Counted from the whole stretch's first letter, positions 1 to 10,453 are shown. The stretch is DNA of 63,920 nt, filler included, from Limisphaerales bacterium (GCA_044225505.1; 7 parts of 7 records of this genome joined end to end with filler, not necessarily neighbours in it); one strand, 5' to 3'. The notes: generated by a model from the sequence alone, not told the origin. Translations and numbers: made by a program.

Positions 1-477
1 CGCCCAGGCAGGACCGGTGTGACGCCCCTTGTGCAGATCGTTGATTAAGGCGACATAGCCTTCACTCAGAACATTCCCTTGATATTTTCCTGTGGCTCGC
101 TCGACCGAAACATCCGCCGAACTGCCAGGGCCCTTGAAGACTACGGAACACTCGGTCGGTTCGACGCGGAAATCGTCCACCAACCCGTGCAGCCCGTGCA
201 CCCGCCGCAGATACTCAACCACTTTCAGCTTATCCACGGCTTTTTCATCTCCTCCACGAGCCAGCCATGAAGCGTCCATCGTCCCGGCAAGCGTCTGCTC
301 ATGGTGTTTAGCCCCAAGCAGCCAGTCCGGATGATTCAGCGTAAAGCCCGTCACGCTGAAAAAGCAGAGCGATCCGAGGCCAAGCATCGACAAGTATGTA
401 TGTACCCATCGCGCCCACCCAGGTAGCCCGCGCGATTCCCTGGCTAACACCGGAAGACTAAGGTCGGCGTGTTCCAC
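1..477 (-). CDS. PepSY-associated TM helix protein (PepSY_TM_like_2 type), 3' end cut by window edge
   Basis: Not in the ORF track. Manual translation from GTG at 477 gives ARWVHTYLSMLGLGSLCFFSVTGFTLNHPDW...ALINDLHKGRHTGPAWA. Overlaps the end of the apbE fusion gene. Confidence 0.85.
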   Translation of the reverse strand, partial: MEHADLSLPVLARESRGLPGWARWVHTYLSMLGLGSLCFFSVTGFTLNHPDWLLGAKHHEQTLAGTMDASWLARGGDEKAVDKLKVVEYLRRVHGLHGLVDDFRVEPTECSVVFKGPGSSADVSVERATGKYQGNVLSEGYVALINDLHKGRHTGPAWA

Positions 478-2023
478 GTCGGTATTCCAGCGAAGCGGAT
501 TTGATCTCCAGATTCCCCGGCAACTCAACAGAGAACGGTTGTTGGCCAACAGTGAACTCGTGTTTTATGAGTTGGTAGGTGCCATGCTCGCGCGCTGCTT
601 CGATGTAAATCGTGTAAGTCCCCCCCGGAACGAGCTTTCCCTGATCGTCCTTTCCGTCCCAGACCACATCGTACTTTCCCGGGTTTCGTGTCGCGCTGGA
701 AACTGTGGCCACGAGATCGCGGTCGTCCGCAAGGCGCCGTATTTGGTCCCGCCGACTCCAGCGCCGCAGATCTGCGTACCACCGTTCTCCTTTAGGGGGC
801 GCGAGAAGCCACAACAGCACCGTGCGGACCGGAAAAGCGTCCTTGTCTTCAATCCAAATTGCCACGTAAGGACGCGCATAGCGGCCGCCCTCCGGCCGAT
901 TGATCTCGAAATTGACCGCCAGTTCCATCGACTCAATAGGGGCCGACGGCACGGGCCCTTGAGAGGCAGCAAGCCGAATCTGCCCAGATAGCTCAGTTTC
1001 CTTTGGCCACCGCGCGCTGCGCTCCAGCTGTCCGCCAGCCAGGACGAGCAGACACGCGACGCCCTCCGTTCGATCGGCCAGGCGAAGGCTTTCCTCAGGC
1101 TGGAGCACACTAAAAGAGGTGGCCAGGGCATCGGCAGTGGCCGCATCGGGCGCGATCACCGTGACACCCGGCACGTGCCGCACTGGCTGCCCGTTGCGAG
1201 GATCGATAATATGAGAATAGTGCTGTCCGCCAATCCTAAAGCCGCGTCGATACCCACCACTCGTCGCCAAGCCCATCTCGTGGATGGACACAAAACCAAT
1301 TGGATTCGCGTTTTCGTCACTGCGCGCAGGGTTGGCAATGGCAATCGTCTCCGCCACGGGGCCTCGGACGCGCAAGTCGCCCCCCAATTCCAAAAGCAAA
1401 GTCTCCACGCCTCCAACTTGCCAAGCCGCGGCACTCGCTCGGTCGATGATGTAACCTTTCGCGATAGCGTTCAACGTCATGGGGAGATCGGTCAGACGTT
1501 CTGCCGCGCCCGCCCGCCGATCAAGCCGGTAGCTCGGCATTGCCACCCGGTAAACCGTCGCGGCCAAATCCGAGGCCGAGGGAAGCTTCCCGGCTTCTGC
1601 CCCTGCTTTCCACAACCGACTGAACAGTTCAACCGTGGGGTTAAACGCCCCCTGGGACTGCTCTCGCCAGAACTCACTGGCCGCGAGGACCTCGAATAGC
1701 TCGGGCGACACACGGACAGGCGCATTCCGAGTCGACTGCCATCGGCTGAACTCGCTATCAGTCGCATAACCACTGAATATGGCGGACAACCGATCGATTT
1801 CCGACAAGGCCGCAGCCTCGGCTCGCGCTGATACGCTCGGGTCTGCGCTCCGCACCTTGAGCTCGAACGAGGTGCCGAGGACATTCTCGTGGTGAAAAAC
1901 GTCGACACGAGACCCGCCGCCTGGCACCTCGCCTGCCCAAAGCGCCGAGACTGCGGACGCCAGAACAACCAGCCTGAGTCGCCGCGAGAAGCCCTTGGCT
2001 AACACTTCCAATGCCATGTTCAA
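458..2023 (-). CDS. apbE: FAD:protein FMN transferase (ApbE) fused to C-terminal DUF2271 domain
   Basis: Signal peptide; ApbE motifs TLNAIAKGY, GLATSGGYRR, HIIDPRNG, ADALATS; DUF2271-like RPYVAIWIED...VSSATR..G.Y.VVWDGKD...IEAAREHG. Confidence 0.9.
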   Translation of the reverse strand: MNMALEVLAKGFSRRLRLVVLASAVSALWAGEVPGGGSRVDVFHHENVLGTSFELKVRSADPSVSARAEAAALSEIDRLSAIFSGYATDSEFSRWQSTRNAPVRVSPELFEVLAASEFWREQSQGAFNPTVELFSRLWKAGAEAGKLPSASDLAATVYRVAMPSYRLDRRAGAAERLTDLPMTLNAIAKGYIIDRASAAAWQVGGVETLLLELGGDLRVRGPVAETIAIANPARSDENANPIGFVSIHEMGLATSGGYRRGFRIGGQHYSHIIDPRNGQPVRHVPGVTVIAPDAATADALATSFSVLQPEESLRLADRTEGVACLLVLAGGQLERSARWPKETELSGQIRLAASQGPVPSAPIESMELAVNFEINRPEGGRYARPYVAIWIEDKDAFPVRTVLLWLLAPPKGERWYADLRRWSRRDQIRRLADDRDLVATVSSATRNPGKYDVVWDGKDDQGKLVPGGTYTIYIEAAREHGTYQLIKHEFTVGQQPFSVELPGNLEIKSASLEYRRGTRRP

Positions 2024-2592
2024 TGCCGGTCCTCGGAATCCAGACGTTGCGGACGCTCGGCTCGCGGGCCGTTGGGCTCCCGGTTGCTGTTCTGGCTCGC
2101 GAGGAATTTTGTCAATTCTTCCTTCGTCGCTGCACCGTCTTTATCAGTATCCGCGCGCGCGATAATATTCTTCATTCGCTCCGGCAATTCGTCAGCGGTC
2201 AGTTTGCCGTCGGCGTTCTTGTCAAACCCCATCAAGCTGGCTAACACTTCCGCGCTGTTGTCAGCTCGGGGTCCACCCCGTTCGCCTTCCCGGAAAGCCG
2301 GGCGAAGTTCATCCGCCGTTAGTTTCCCGTCGCCGTTCTTGTCGAGTTTTTTCAAAGCCGCGGGAGCATTGGCGATCTCCTCGGCAGACAATTCCCCATT
2401 TTTATCCGCGTCGAGCGCCTGCAACAACGGGTTCATCCGCCCCATCGGGCCGCCTCTACCACCACCCCCGCCGCCTTCCCGGTCAAATGACCGTTGGGGC
2501 CTTTCGCCGGAGGGCTGGGTTTCTTGGGCGCGAGCTTGCGTAAACAAGCTGCTGAGCATGAGCAGAACGGTGCATGTAAAGGCTAGTTTCAT
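2020..2592 (-). CDS. Secreted EF-hand protein with four EF-hand loops
   Basis: Signal peptide MKLAFTCTVLLMLSSLFTQARA; loops DADKNGELSAEE, DKNGDGKLTADE, DKNADGKLTADE, DTDKDGAATKEE. Start moved to ATG 2592. Confidence 0.85.
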   Translation of the reverse strand: MKLAFTCTVLLMLSSLFTQARAQETQPSGERPQRSFDREGGGGGGRGGPMGRMNPLLQALDADKNGELSAEEIANAPAALKKLDKNGDGKLTADELRPAFREGERGGPRADNSAEVLASLMGFDKNADGKLTADELPERMKNIIARADTDKDGAATKEELTKFLASQNSNREPNGPRAERPQRLDSEDRH

Positions 2593-2986
2593 ATAAAACG
2601 GCATTCGAGTAGGCGCGTGGCGGCGAGCATGTCCGATGATGGATATCGGAAGGTTCCCGAACGCAACGAGCCCAACTTTCTCCATCCACGCAATCGTAAG
2701 GCAACCGACATGAAGGAACAATGAAGCTCCCATTCAGCGACCGAAACTCGCGACCCGGGGACTCCCATGCCCTTGCCACGGGAATCAACTTCATGACGGA
2801 TCGCCCGATGATCGCTTTCCCTGGCGATCCAACGAGTCCTCTCCCGTTAGGTTAAACGCTTCGTCGCGATCAAATACAAGCAGCGGAATAAGGAAATGAC
2901 CCGAGCCCCAGAGTCGAACCCCTGGTTTGCGGGATCTTGGAATTTCCAAAGGCTCCGCCTTGGTATCGTCCGTTAATCTTCTCGAT

Positions 2987-3436
2987 CTATTTCGTCGGCA
3001 TGATCCTCGTAACTTGGGACGCCACCACCGACCATTGTCCACGCCGTTTGACCCACGAATCAGTAAAACGGAAGGTTGAGTGCGTTCTCTCCCCTTGGAC
3101 CACTTCGGTGGCGGTCCACACTCCAGTAACCACCGCGACCTTGCCATAGACCTGGACTTCCAGGTCGGTGGTTGCAGGATTCGAGCACTTGTACTCGCCG
3201 GATTTTACCATCGCCAGGAAGGATTGTTTGGTGTCGACCTTTCCGTCCGGCCCCGTCAGCCTCGCTTCGTCCGAGTAAAGCTTCTCCAATTGCGCGAGGT
3301 CCGCTCCGCACAGGGCCGTATCCCACGTGTGGTATAGCTTCACGAATTCGGCCCGCGGAGTCGAACGCTCCGCTGCGGTAGCCACAAGGTTGGCGAACAC
3401 CAAAGCAACAATGGCGAGGATTGTATTCTTGATCAT
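2987..3436 (-). CDS. Secreted NTF2-like / DUF4440 family protein
   Basis: Signal peptide MIKNTILAIVALVFANLVATA; DLEVQVYGKVAVVTG...RFTDSWVKRRGQWSVVASQ pattern. Confidence 0.85.
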   Translation of the reverse strand: MIKNTILAIVALVFANLVATAAERSTPRAEFVKLYHTWDTALCGADLAQLEKLYSDEARLTGPDGKVDTKQSFLAMVKSGEYKCSNPATTDLEVQVYGKVAVVTGVWTATEVVQGERTHSTFRFTDSWVKRRGQWSVVASQVTRIMPTK

Positions 3437-4053
3437 ACGTTTTCGGGATGAATGACGCCTGTTTCCACGAAGCCCATAGTGGATCTTGACGGCGACTGTG
3501 GCCGAAGAATGACCCTCCTCCACTCGAGCCGTCAATAGAAAGTTGTCCGCCACCCCGGCCACGACGTTCCCATACTACTCTCAGGCAGTAGCTTAGGGAG
3601 TTCACAGGCTAGTCTACCATCCTTTGCCATCCTGATCTTAGTCCGAGTGGTACGATTCGCGAACGACGTCAGCGCAACCTTCGACGGTCGCACTGAAAAA
3701 TCCTCCGCAGCCTCTTTACTAATTAATAGCCAACCTTTTAGAAGGCAGCAATGTCTGCCATCGATCCGGCGGCGGTTCGCTCTTGATTCGCTGCTAACCC
3801 ACTTCCAAGAGGGTCTGCAGTGCGTCAGGAGTGGGTCACCAGTGGGTCACGTCCGAATGAACTGGATAGGAACCACGAGTGGACGAGAGCCGGAGAGCAT
3901 TCGAGGAAAAGGAGTTACAGAACAGAGGGTGAATGTAAGCGCACGGCGAGACCGCCGCGGGGCATTCGAGCTCACCCGCTTGAAGCCGCGGAAAGGAAAT
4001 TAGCAGGGCGAAGGTCGCCCAGTCGCCCAGGATGAGATAAAGGGCTGCCCGCC

Positions 4054-4770
4054 CTATGCAGCTGCCGACGCGCGCAAAAGGAAGCGGCGGCTTACCGCGA
4101 ACAAAAGCAAACCGATCCCGCTCAAGGCGGCCCATGCGGCAGGTTCCGGAACGGCGGTGCCGTAGGTCATTTGGGCGCCAAAACTACTGGCGGGAACTGG
4201 ATTCCCTTGGGTGAATTGAAACAGCGACCACTCTCCATTCACCTTTTCCCAGAAATCATCCTGGGATGCCACTTGGCTGCTGCCCACCGTCGCCGGACCA
4301 TGGATGGCTATTCCAGAACGTTTGACGCCGGAGACGCCACTAAACTGAACAGACCACGTAAACGATTCCGGCAGCTGCACGTTCAAGTTATTTAAGGTGA
4401 GAAGAGCCGTACCGGTCCCGACAGGAACGGGTTGACTGCCGCTGTCAAAAAAACTCTGCGCGTTCGGCGAAGGAGCCCCGCTCACGGCAGGCCCGGTGTT
4501 CTCGTAGAAGCGAATCCTCACTTGTTCCGATCCCGAGAAGCCTTCTGTGAAGTACTGCAGAGAAAACGTGTTCAGCGTCCTGGGCGTTCCGGATGCGAGA
4601 ATGATTTCGTCGCCGACTTCCTCAGAGCCAATCTCAACGGAAGAGGGGAAAAACAATCCCCAGTCTGGAGGAGCCAGGTTGTCGTAGAGGACGGTGACCT
4701 GAGCTGAGACTTGCAATCCACAGGTACACACTAGCGCTACTATACTTAGGATTCGGGCAGAGTATGACAT
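4054..4770 (-). CDS. PEP-CTERM sorting domain protein
   Basis: Signal peptide; C-terminal AVPEPAAWAALSGIGLLLFAVSRR (VPEP, TM helix, basic tail). Confidence 0.9.
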   Translation of the reverse strand: MSYSARILSIVALVCTCGLQVSAQVTVLYDNLAPPDWGLFFPSSVEIGSEEVGDEIILASGTPRTLNTFSLQYFTEGFSGSEQVRIRFYENTGPAVSGAPSPNAQSFFDSGSQPVPVGTGTALLTLNNLNVQLPESFTWSVQFSGVSGVKRSGIAIHGPATVGSSQVASQDDFWEKVNGEWSLFQFTQGNPVPASSFGAQMTYGTAVPEPAAWAALSGIGLLLFAVSRRFLLRASAAA

Positions 4771-4845
4771 AGGCTTCCTACGCGTTAGCCGCAACGTGCT
4801 ATCCGACTAGACCACTAGAATCGCGATGCCGCGAACCGGCGTCGC

Positions 4846-5058
4846 CTACCCTCTTTTACCTAGAACGACTCGTAGCATGGTCAGTGCGCCAAGTGCTGAT
4901 CCGAATAGCGCAACGGTAGATCCAAGCTCTGGGACGGGGACGTGTGGAACAACCACTGGGCCACGAGGACTGGGCAAGGGCGTACGCCCCGCCTGCGCGA
5001 AAAAGACGCTCGAACCAAGAACAACCGCTACGATTAGGATGGACCGAATCTGGCACAT
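4846..5058 (-). CDS. 70-aa protein with signal peptide and VPDSG/PEP-CTERM-like sorting signal
   Basis: MCQIRSILIVAVVLGSSVFFAQA, a short Pro-rich linker, then VPELGSTVALFGSALGALTMLRVVLGKRG. Confidence 0.75.
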   Translation of the reverse strand: MCQIRSILIVAVVLGSSVFFAQAGRTPLPSPRGPVVVPHVPVPELGSTVALFGSALGALTMLRVVLGKRG

Positions 5059-5112
5059 AAGGACGATTTAATCCGATTTAAGTTGTGAACGAGCCCTCGG
5101 ACACGGTTCCCC

Positions 5113-5140
5113 AATCTATAGACCGTAGCTGCCGTGTCAA
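5113..5140 (-). promoter_or_regulatory. Putative sigma70 promoter for the CTERM gene pair
   Basis: TTGACA-N16-TAGATT on the minus strand, about 55 nt upstream of ATG 5058. Confidence 0.5.
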
Positions 5141-5262
5141 GCGCTCAGCCCCGGCCCATCAAAACCGGTTCGAACGCAAATATCACCTGCCTTGAGCACC
5201 GTTCGAACTGCGTGGGATTCCGACTTCCCAATTCAACAGCTTTGGCGTGTAATGATCGTTTC

Positions 5263-6369
5263 GTGCAAGAACAAACTCAACGACTTTGGAGAGTAGGCCT
5301 GCTGATGGCCGGAGCGTTTTTGGCGCTGTTTGCTTGCTCACGCTCGGAAAAGCAACCCCCCCCGCCGGTGGCCCACGTGACCAATACGCCCGCCGTGTCG
5401 ATCGTCGAAACGAACCTCCCACCGGCCCCTCCCAGCCGTAACGCACCGTCAAACGCCCCGGGCGTCCTCCTGCAAGTACGCTGGCCCGCTGGCAATCGAT
5501 GGGTATACCGGATGGAACTCTCCCAAAGCAGCACGAACTCCGTCGCACCCACCGCCGAAACGACCGTCGAGGAGCTCTCCGTGGGCCTCACTTATTCCTT
5601 GCTCGGCCAAAGCCCAACACCAGCCGGTGAACAGATGCTCGAGATGGAGTTCCTCGCGTATGAAATGGAAATTCGCCTGGCAGAGAAAACGGTGATCAGC
5701 TTCGACACCGCGGCCAAGCCAGAGAATGCTTCAACGAACCTTGTTCCAGCGCCATTTCGAAAGCTGATTAATTCGAAGTTGCTGTTGTTACTTGCCCCGA
5801 CGGGCAAGTTGGAAGGAGTTCTTGGGCTTGAGCAGTGGCTGAAATCACTGACGGGGGATAATGCGGGACCGGCTGGCGAAATGCTCGTGCAGCAGTTTAC
5901 GGAAGGGTTTTTCCAGCAAGTTGCGGGATTTGGAGACGGTTTGCCAGCGGGCGCGGTTACCGTCGGCGGACGCTGGCCTTATAAAAAGGAGATCCCCGCC
6001 GGCGCCCTTGGCAAAATCGCTGTCGATTCGTTGATCACCCTCGATCGCTTGGAGGACCGTGAGGGTCACAGGTTCGCCGTCTTGACGGCCGACGGGAAGT
6101 TCCGGGGAATCTCCGCCCCGACGGACGGCAACACGGGCGGACTCACGCTGGAGCACGGCGTTGTCTCCAGTACGACGTGGTTTAACTTGGACGCCGGCTC
6201 TTTGTTCGAGTCGATCGTCGAACAATCGATGCAGTTGCGAAGCTCACCGCCCAACGCTCCGGATGCACCCCAGCCCGCCGCTGAGGGAACCAGCCAACTC
6301 GCGCAAAAGGTGACTTTGAAGCTGGTTGAATTAACCGCCGGGACTCCCGCTCCTCGCCCTCAGAACTAG
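5263..6369 (+). CDS. Putative lipoprotein (possibly DUF6263-like)
   Basis: Lipobox-like LALFAC, Pro-rich linker, beta-rich body. GTG start at 5263 is an estimate. Confidence 0.6.
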   Translation: MQEQTQRLWRVGLLMAGAFLALFACSRSEKQPPPPVAHVTNTPAVSIVETNLPPAPPSRNAPSNAPGVLLQVRWPAGNRWVYRMELSQSSTNSVAPTAETTVEELSVGLTYSLLGQSPTPAGEQMLEMEFLAYEMEIRLAEKTVISFDTAAKPENASTNLVPAPFRKLINSKLLLLLAPTGKLEGVLGLEQWLKSLTGDNAGPAGEMLVQQFTEGFFQQVAGFGDGLPAGAVTVGGRWPYKKEIPAGALGKIAVDSLITLDRLEDREGHRFAVLTADGKFRGISAPTDGNTGGLTLEHGVVSSTTWFNLDAGSLFESIVEQSMQLRSSPPNAPDAPQPAAEGTSQLAQKVTLKLVELTAGTPAPRPQN

Positions 6370-6965
6370 TCCAATGCCAGGCGCTGCAAAGATCGAGAAA
6401 TTTGAATGAGGCCGTTCAAGTCAGAAGGTTTCACGAAAAACGCATCCGCGCCGCAGGCGTAGGCACGACGTTCGGTCTTCTGGTCGGCCATGCCCGTCAG
6501 GAAAGCAAACTTGATCCGGGCACGCCCTCGTCGAGCTCGTATGTGTCCCAAAAGATCGAACCCGTCAAACCCGGGCAGGCGCACGTCGGTCACCACGCAG
6601 ATATTCGTCACGGAGCCGTCGACCTGCGCAAGAATCTCCATGGCCTCATCAGCGGTGTGTGCCCACCAAACTCGCGCCGTAGCACCGCACTTCCAGAGGG
6701 CCCGTTTCAATAAAGCGAAATCGTTCGGATCGTCCTCGACCACGATAAGCACAGGTAGGCTTGAGGCCCGAGTCCGGGCCTCCCTGCTCACTCCATCCGG
6801 AGAAGACGCGGCATCGGATTCATGACTGGCAAATCGGGTTCCACCAGAGACAATTTCACGAGCTTCCATCGAGGGCCGGTGCGCCTGCTGTGCAAACTCG
6901 CCCGAGCACCGGACGCCGTTGAATAAAGGGTTCGAGGGCTGGGGGGCGTGCGGTTCCTCACTCAC
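6366..6965 (-). CDS. Single receiver-domain response regulator with N-terminal extension
   Basis: VVEDD, VTDVRLPGFDG (phosphoacceptor Asp), FLTG, GADAFFVKP. Confidence 0.85.
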   Translation of the reverse strand: MSEEPHAPQPSNPLFNGVRCSGEFAQQAHRPSMEAREIVSGGTRFASHESDAASSPDGVSREARTRASSLPVLIVVEDDPNDFALLKRALWKCGATARVWWAHTADEAMEILAQVDGSVTNICVVTDVRLPGFDGFDLLGHIRARRGRARIKFAFLTGMADQKTERRAYACGADAFFVKPSDLNGLIQISRSLQRLALD

Positions 6966-7058
6966 ACAGGCAAGCTATGGCGAATCGGTGATCCGGCACA
7001 AGCTTCGCGTGTAAAATGGCAGTAAAATCAGGGTTTCCCTGTTCGCTTGCTACGCCGA

Positions 7059-9782
7059 TTAGCTGCGCGTGAGCTGCAACCCAGTCGTCGACACCTCGTA
7101 ACTGACGAAGCGCGCCCGCGCATTGGGCGGGTTTTCCGTGAGGGCGTCGCGAATCCGCGTGGCCGCAGCACGGTCTTTCGCCAGCATCAGAAGATAGCCG
7201 CCTCCGCCAGCTCCCAAGAGCTTGGCTCCGGCAAGGTAGTCCTGAACACGTGCCAAAATGCTTTGCACGGCTGGCGGATTTGTTCCCGCGTCAAGACGCT
7301 GATTGAGCTGCCAGCTATAGCGAATAGATTCAGCGAGCGCGTCGAAATCAGAACGCTGAATGGCGTTGAAAGCGAATTCGGCATTGGCTCCGATCTGTTC
7401 CATCACATGCAGATGGGATGGCGAATTCAGGAAGATGCTTCGGACGATTTCGTACAAGATGTTTTTCGCAAGGCGCGTGAGACCCGTATAATAAAGCAAG
7501 ACGACCTCGTTCGCCCACGATTGACCGAATAGATAGTCCGGCAACCATCGCAACGTCGGCTTTTGCTTTAGGCCCGGGGCTGTCTCAATGAGCTTGATTC
7601 CCCGGTAGATTCCACCGGCCTGATCTTGCCACCCTCCACCCGTGGTCATCAGCTGCTCCAGGGCTAGAGTCCGGCCGAACAAAGCGTTCGGATCCCAACT
7701 CAATCCACACAGATTTCCAATCGTCTCTAGCACTGTCGCCGCGAGTAAGCTGCTCGTGCCTAGACCTGAGCCTTTCGGGACCGCACACAAGAGCGAAACT
7801 TCAATTCCACCACCGAACGCCTCCAATTGCTCGCGCAAAGTCCGAAACGTTCCAGTGGCGTGAAACTGCGGCAAGAAGCCCGCCAACGCAAAAGCCGCTT
7901 TAGCGATCGCAAACTCGCTTCCAGGCTGCGCAAATGAAGCGAGTGCTTCGTAAGTCTGGATTCGCTCCTCGGCTCCCAGGTCGATCGACCGCATCACAAG
8001 TTCCGGGCGAGGCGAAAGTTTCGCGAAGGCTTGAATCGGGGGCTGGCCATTTAGGTTGACGGCCATGTTGACGACTTTGCCACCGTGTTCCAGACAGTAC
8101 GGCGGAGTATCCGTCCAGCCCCCCGCGAGATCCAAGCGCACCGGGCTCCGGCCCCAAACGATCTGGTCTTCTTGCACTGCGCATACCGGGAGAACCGGCT
8201 GCAGGCCGGCATCGCGAACGATCATCTCCCGCAATCGGGCGAATGCCTCCGCTTCTTGTTGCTGCCAACCTGCCTGCTGCCGGTGGCGCAACACGGCGGC
8301 GCCGAACATCCGTTCACGCGCTTGGCGCATCGGCTCGAGCGAGCCTTGGCGAGACTCGGCAACCACGGGTACGTCCTGATTTGTCGCGGCATACACCTTC
8401 GCCGTCCATTCGAGATCGAGATTCAAGAAAACACTCCAACGCGCATTCTTGAGCATCGGCTGCAAGCAACGGCTGCGGTTGGCCGCGCGCTGTCGGTAAA
8501 GTCGATCTAACTGCACACGCCGAGGAATCTCTCGCGCAGACAAGCGTTCAGAAGAACGCCACGCCTCCGCGAAGCGAAGGGATTTCGAGGGATGCTTGGA
8601 GAATAACCACTCAAGAAAACGAGCGTCGGTCCGGTCGACCGCAATGATCGGGAAGAGGGGGACGTCCAGGATGTCCGCGTTGGAATCGATCCCGAGATCG
8701 ACCCACCGTAATTCACGCTGCTCAAACCAAGTGGGCGCCGCAGTTCCCAGCCAGTGGGTCGATTCGACCCCAATCGCGCCTCGAAACGAATCGTCGATTC
8801 CATAGAACCTCACGCAGTAATGCCCGTCGTTGACCGGCACAAAGTCAAGGCAGACTCCCGGCTCCAGATGTAGATCCCAACTATTCTCCGGAACACCCGT
8901 TAGCAAATGGTCCCATGCCACGTGCCATGACGCCGGGATCATGCTGTTCTCGACCCACAAGGTGTGGTTCTCGTCCTGGCGAAGCGGAAACTGGAAGTTG
9001 GAGTTTTGAAGATATTGCTCAGGGTGACGTTTAGCCCCGGCCTCTCCCAGCTTCCGTTCGTCCAACTCGCGCCGCTGGAGCGCCGACACAGATTCGATCA
9101 TCTGACGGCTTGCACCGAAATGATAGAATTCGGGTTCTGGAAGGGGTAGTACAGCGCACGTCAACGCTGCCACTAAAGGATCATCGAGAGTTGGAGAGAC
9201 GCCCAAGGCCAAGCCGAACTGGCTGTAAAGTTCGTAACGTGAAGGAACTCCGTTCTGGAACTCCTCCCGGGTCGGATTCCAGCCACAGCGTCGCAACAAA
9301 ACGTCGATTGCTCGTTGGCTCAACAGCCACATGCCTGTATCGACGAGGGAGAGGTAATCGGCCCCGAGTTCACGAATTCTCGACGGCGATGGCTTTTGCA
9401 AGAAGCAGCTTAACTGCTGGGGATTCTCACGCGGGGTAAAAAAGACGCCAAAGTCTTTGGCCGTTTCCGGTGTCACCCACATGCCGAAGCCAAGCACATC
9501 GACATCCGGAAAAGGCGGCAGGTCGTGGCCAAAACGAAGAAGGACATCCCCGCTCGCGATGAGTGCCACGGTTGAAGCGGGAGCTTGCTCCAGGACTCGC
9601 TCATATGCGGGAATCTGGAGATCAAGTAGGGTCTGGTCGAGCCTTTGCCCCCGCGCCCAACGGAAGACCGGGATGGGCATGAGCGGCTTTCCTTCCGGCG
9701 CATAAGCCGGCAATCGGCGGCTTTCTCCACTGCCGTGAACAACGAGCTTGCGGGAACGATTCAGCCAGCGAGAGAACGTTAA
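7059..9782 (-). CDS. fkp: Bifunctional L-fucokinase / fucose-1-phosphate guanylyltransferase, 5' truncated
   Basis: Frame is open to the contig end (HGSGESRRLPAYAPEGK). GHMP motifs SPVRLDLAGGWTDTPP, PKGSGLGTSS, GGWQDQ, KLLGAGGGG. Confidence 0.92.
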   Translation of the reverse strand, partial: LTFSRWLNRSRKLVVHGSGESRRLPAYAPEGKPLMPIPVFRWARGQRLDQTLLDLQIPAYERVLEQAPASTVALIASGDVLLRFGHDLPPFPDVDVLGFGMWVTPETAKDFGVFFTPRENPQQLSCFLQKPSPSRIRELGADYLSLVDTGMWLLSQRAIDVLLRRCGWNPTREEFQNGVPSRYELYSQFGLALGVSPTLDDPLVAALTCAVLPLPEPEFYHFGASRQMIESVSALQRRELDERKLGEAGAKRHPEQYLQNSNFQFPLRQDENHTLWVENSMIPASWHVAWDHLLTGVPENSWDLHLEPGVCLDFVPVNDGHYCVRFYGIDDSFRGAIGVESTHWLGTAAPTWFEQRELRWVDLGIDSNADILDVPLFPIIAVDRTDARFLEWLFSKHPSKSLRFAEAWRSSERLSAREIPRRVQLDRLYRQRAANRSRCLQPMLKNARWSVFLNLDLEWTAKVYAATNQDVPVVAESRQGSLEPMRQARERMFGAAVLRHRQQAGWQQQEAEAFARLREMIVRDAGLQPVLPVCAVQEDQIVWGRSPVRLDLAGGWTDTPPYCLEHGGKVVNMAVNLNGQPPIQAFAKLSPRPELVMRSIDLGAEERIQTYEALASFAQPGSEFAIAKAAFALAGFLPQFHATGTFRTLREQLEAFGGGIEVSLLCAVPKGSGLGTSSLLAATVLETIGNLCGLSWDPNALFGRTLALEQLMTTGGGWQDQAGGIYRGIKLIETAPGLKQKPTLRWLPDYLFGQSWANEVVLLYYTGLTRLAKNILYEIVRSIFLNSPSHLHVMEQIGANAEFAFNAIQRSDFDALAESIRYSWQLNQRLDAGTNPPAVQSILARVQDYLAGAKLLGAGGGGYLLMLAKDRAAATRIRDALTENPPNARARFVSYEVSTTGLQLTRS

Positions 9783-9784
9783 CT

Positions 9785-9884
9785 NNNNNNNNNNNNNNNN
9801 NNNNNNNNNNNNNNNNNNNNNNNNNNNNTTAATTAATTAANNNNNNNNNNNNNNNNNNNNNNNNNNNNNNNNNNNNNNNNNNNN
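9785..9884. other. Artificial contig linker
   Basis: N44-TTAATTAATTAA-N44 (stops in six frames). Confidence 0.99.
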
Positions 9885-10453
9885 CGCACGCGGTTGAATC
9901 GGCGCCCTGCCAGATCTTCGATCAAAGCGTGGTAGTCAGACTCTGGATCATAGCCGCGAAGGGAAAGCTTGAATCCATTCTTCCCTTTGGCTGAGCCGTG
10001 GCATGTGCCAGCGTTGCAGCCGAGTTTACTGAGGGCAGGCATCACATCCCGCACAAACCCGATTGGCGGATCTTCCGCTGAAACGACCTTAACCGGCAGC
10101 TTCACTTCCCTGCCGCAGGCGCTCACCGCCACTTCAGCCTCCCCGGCACTTTTTGGTCGGATATAACCATCGGCTATCTCTACCGTTGCCGATGAACTGC
10201 GTAGCGTAGCAGCGCCCGTTACGTCCACCAAGTCCCCTTCCGCCGTCTTGCCCCAGACCAAAACGCGGCGTTCATCCCGGCCGTCAACCAAGGTGAGACT
10301 GGCAGGCTCTATGGCCAAAGACTGAATCGGCGGTAAAGGAGGCTGTTCCGGTGCGGACTCTTTGGCTGGCGAAATGGCGTGTGCCGTCATCGAAACTACC
10401 CAAGCACCCAACACCAAAAGCGGCGCAAATCGAACGGCAAACTGGCGATGCAT
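9885..10453 (-). CDS. PVC-type DUF1549/PSD1-family secreted protein with Ig-like domain, N-terminal part only
   Basis: Signal peptide, Ig-like segment, then FVRDVMPALSKLGCNAGTCHGSAKGKNGFKLSLRGYDP. Truncated at the linker. Confidence 0.8.

Noticed and set aside
2020..2592. Lanmodulin
   Set aside because: The EF loops lack the second-position Pro typical of lanmodulin.
3830..3850. AGTGGGTCAC direct repeat with 11-bp period (PhoB/OmpR-like box)
   Set aside because: It is about 400 nt from the nearest gene start with no supporting promoter; too weak to call.
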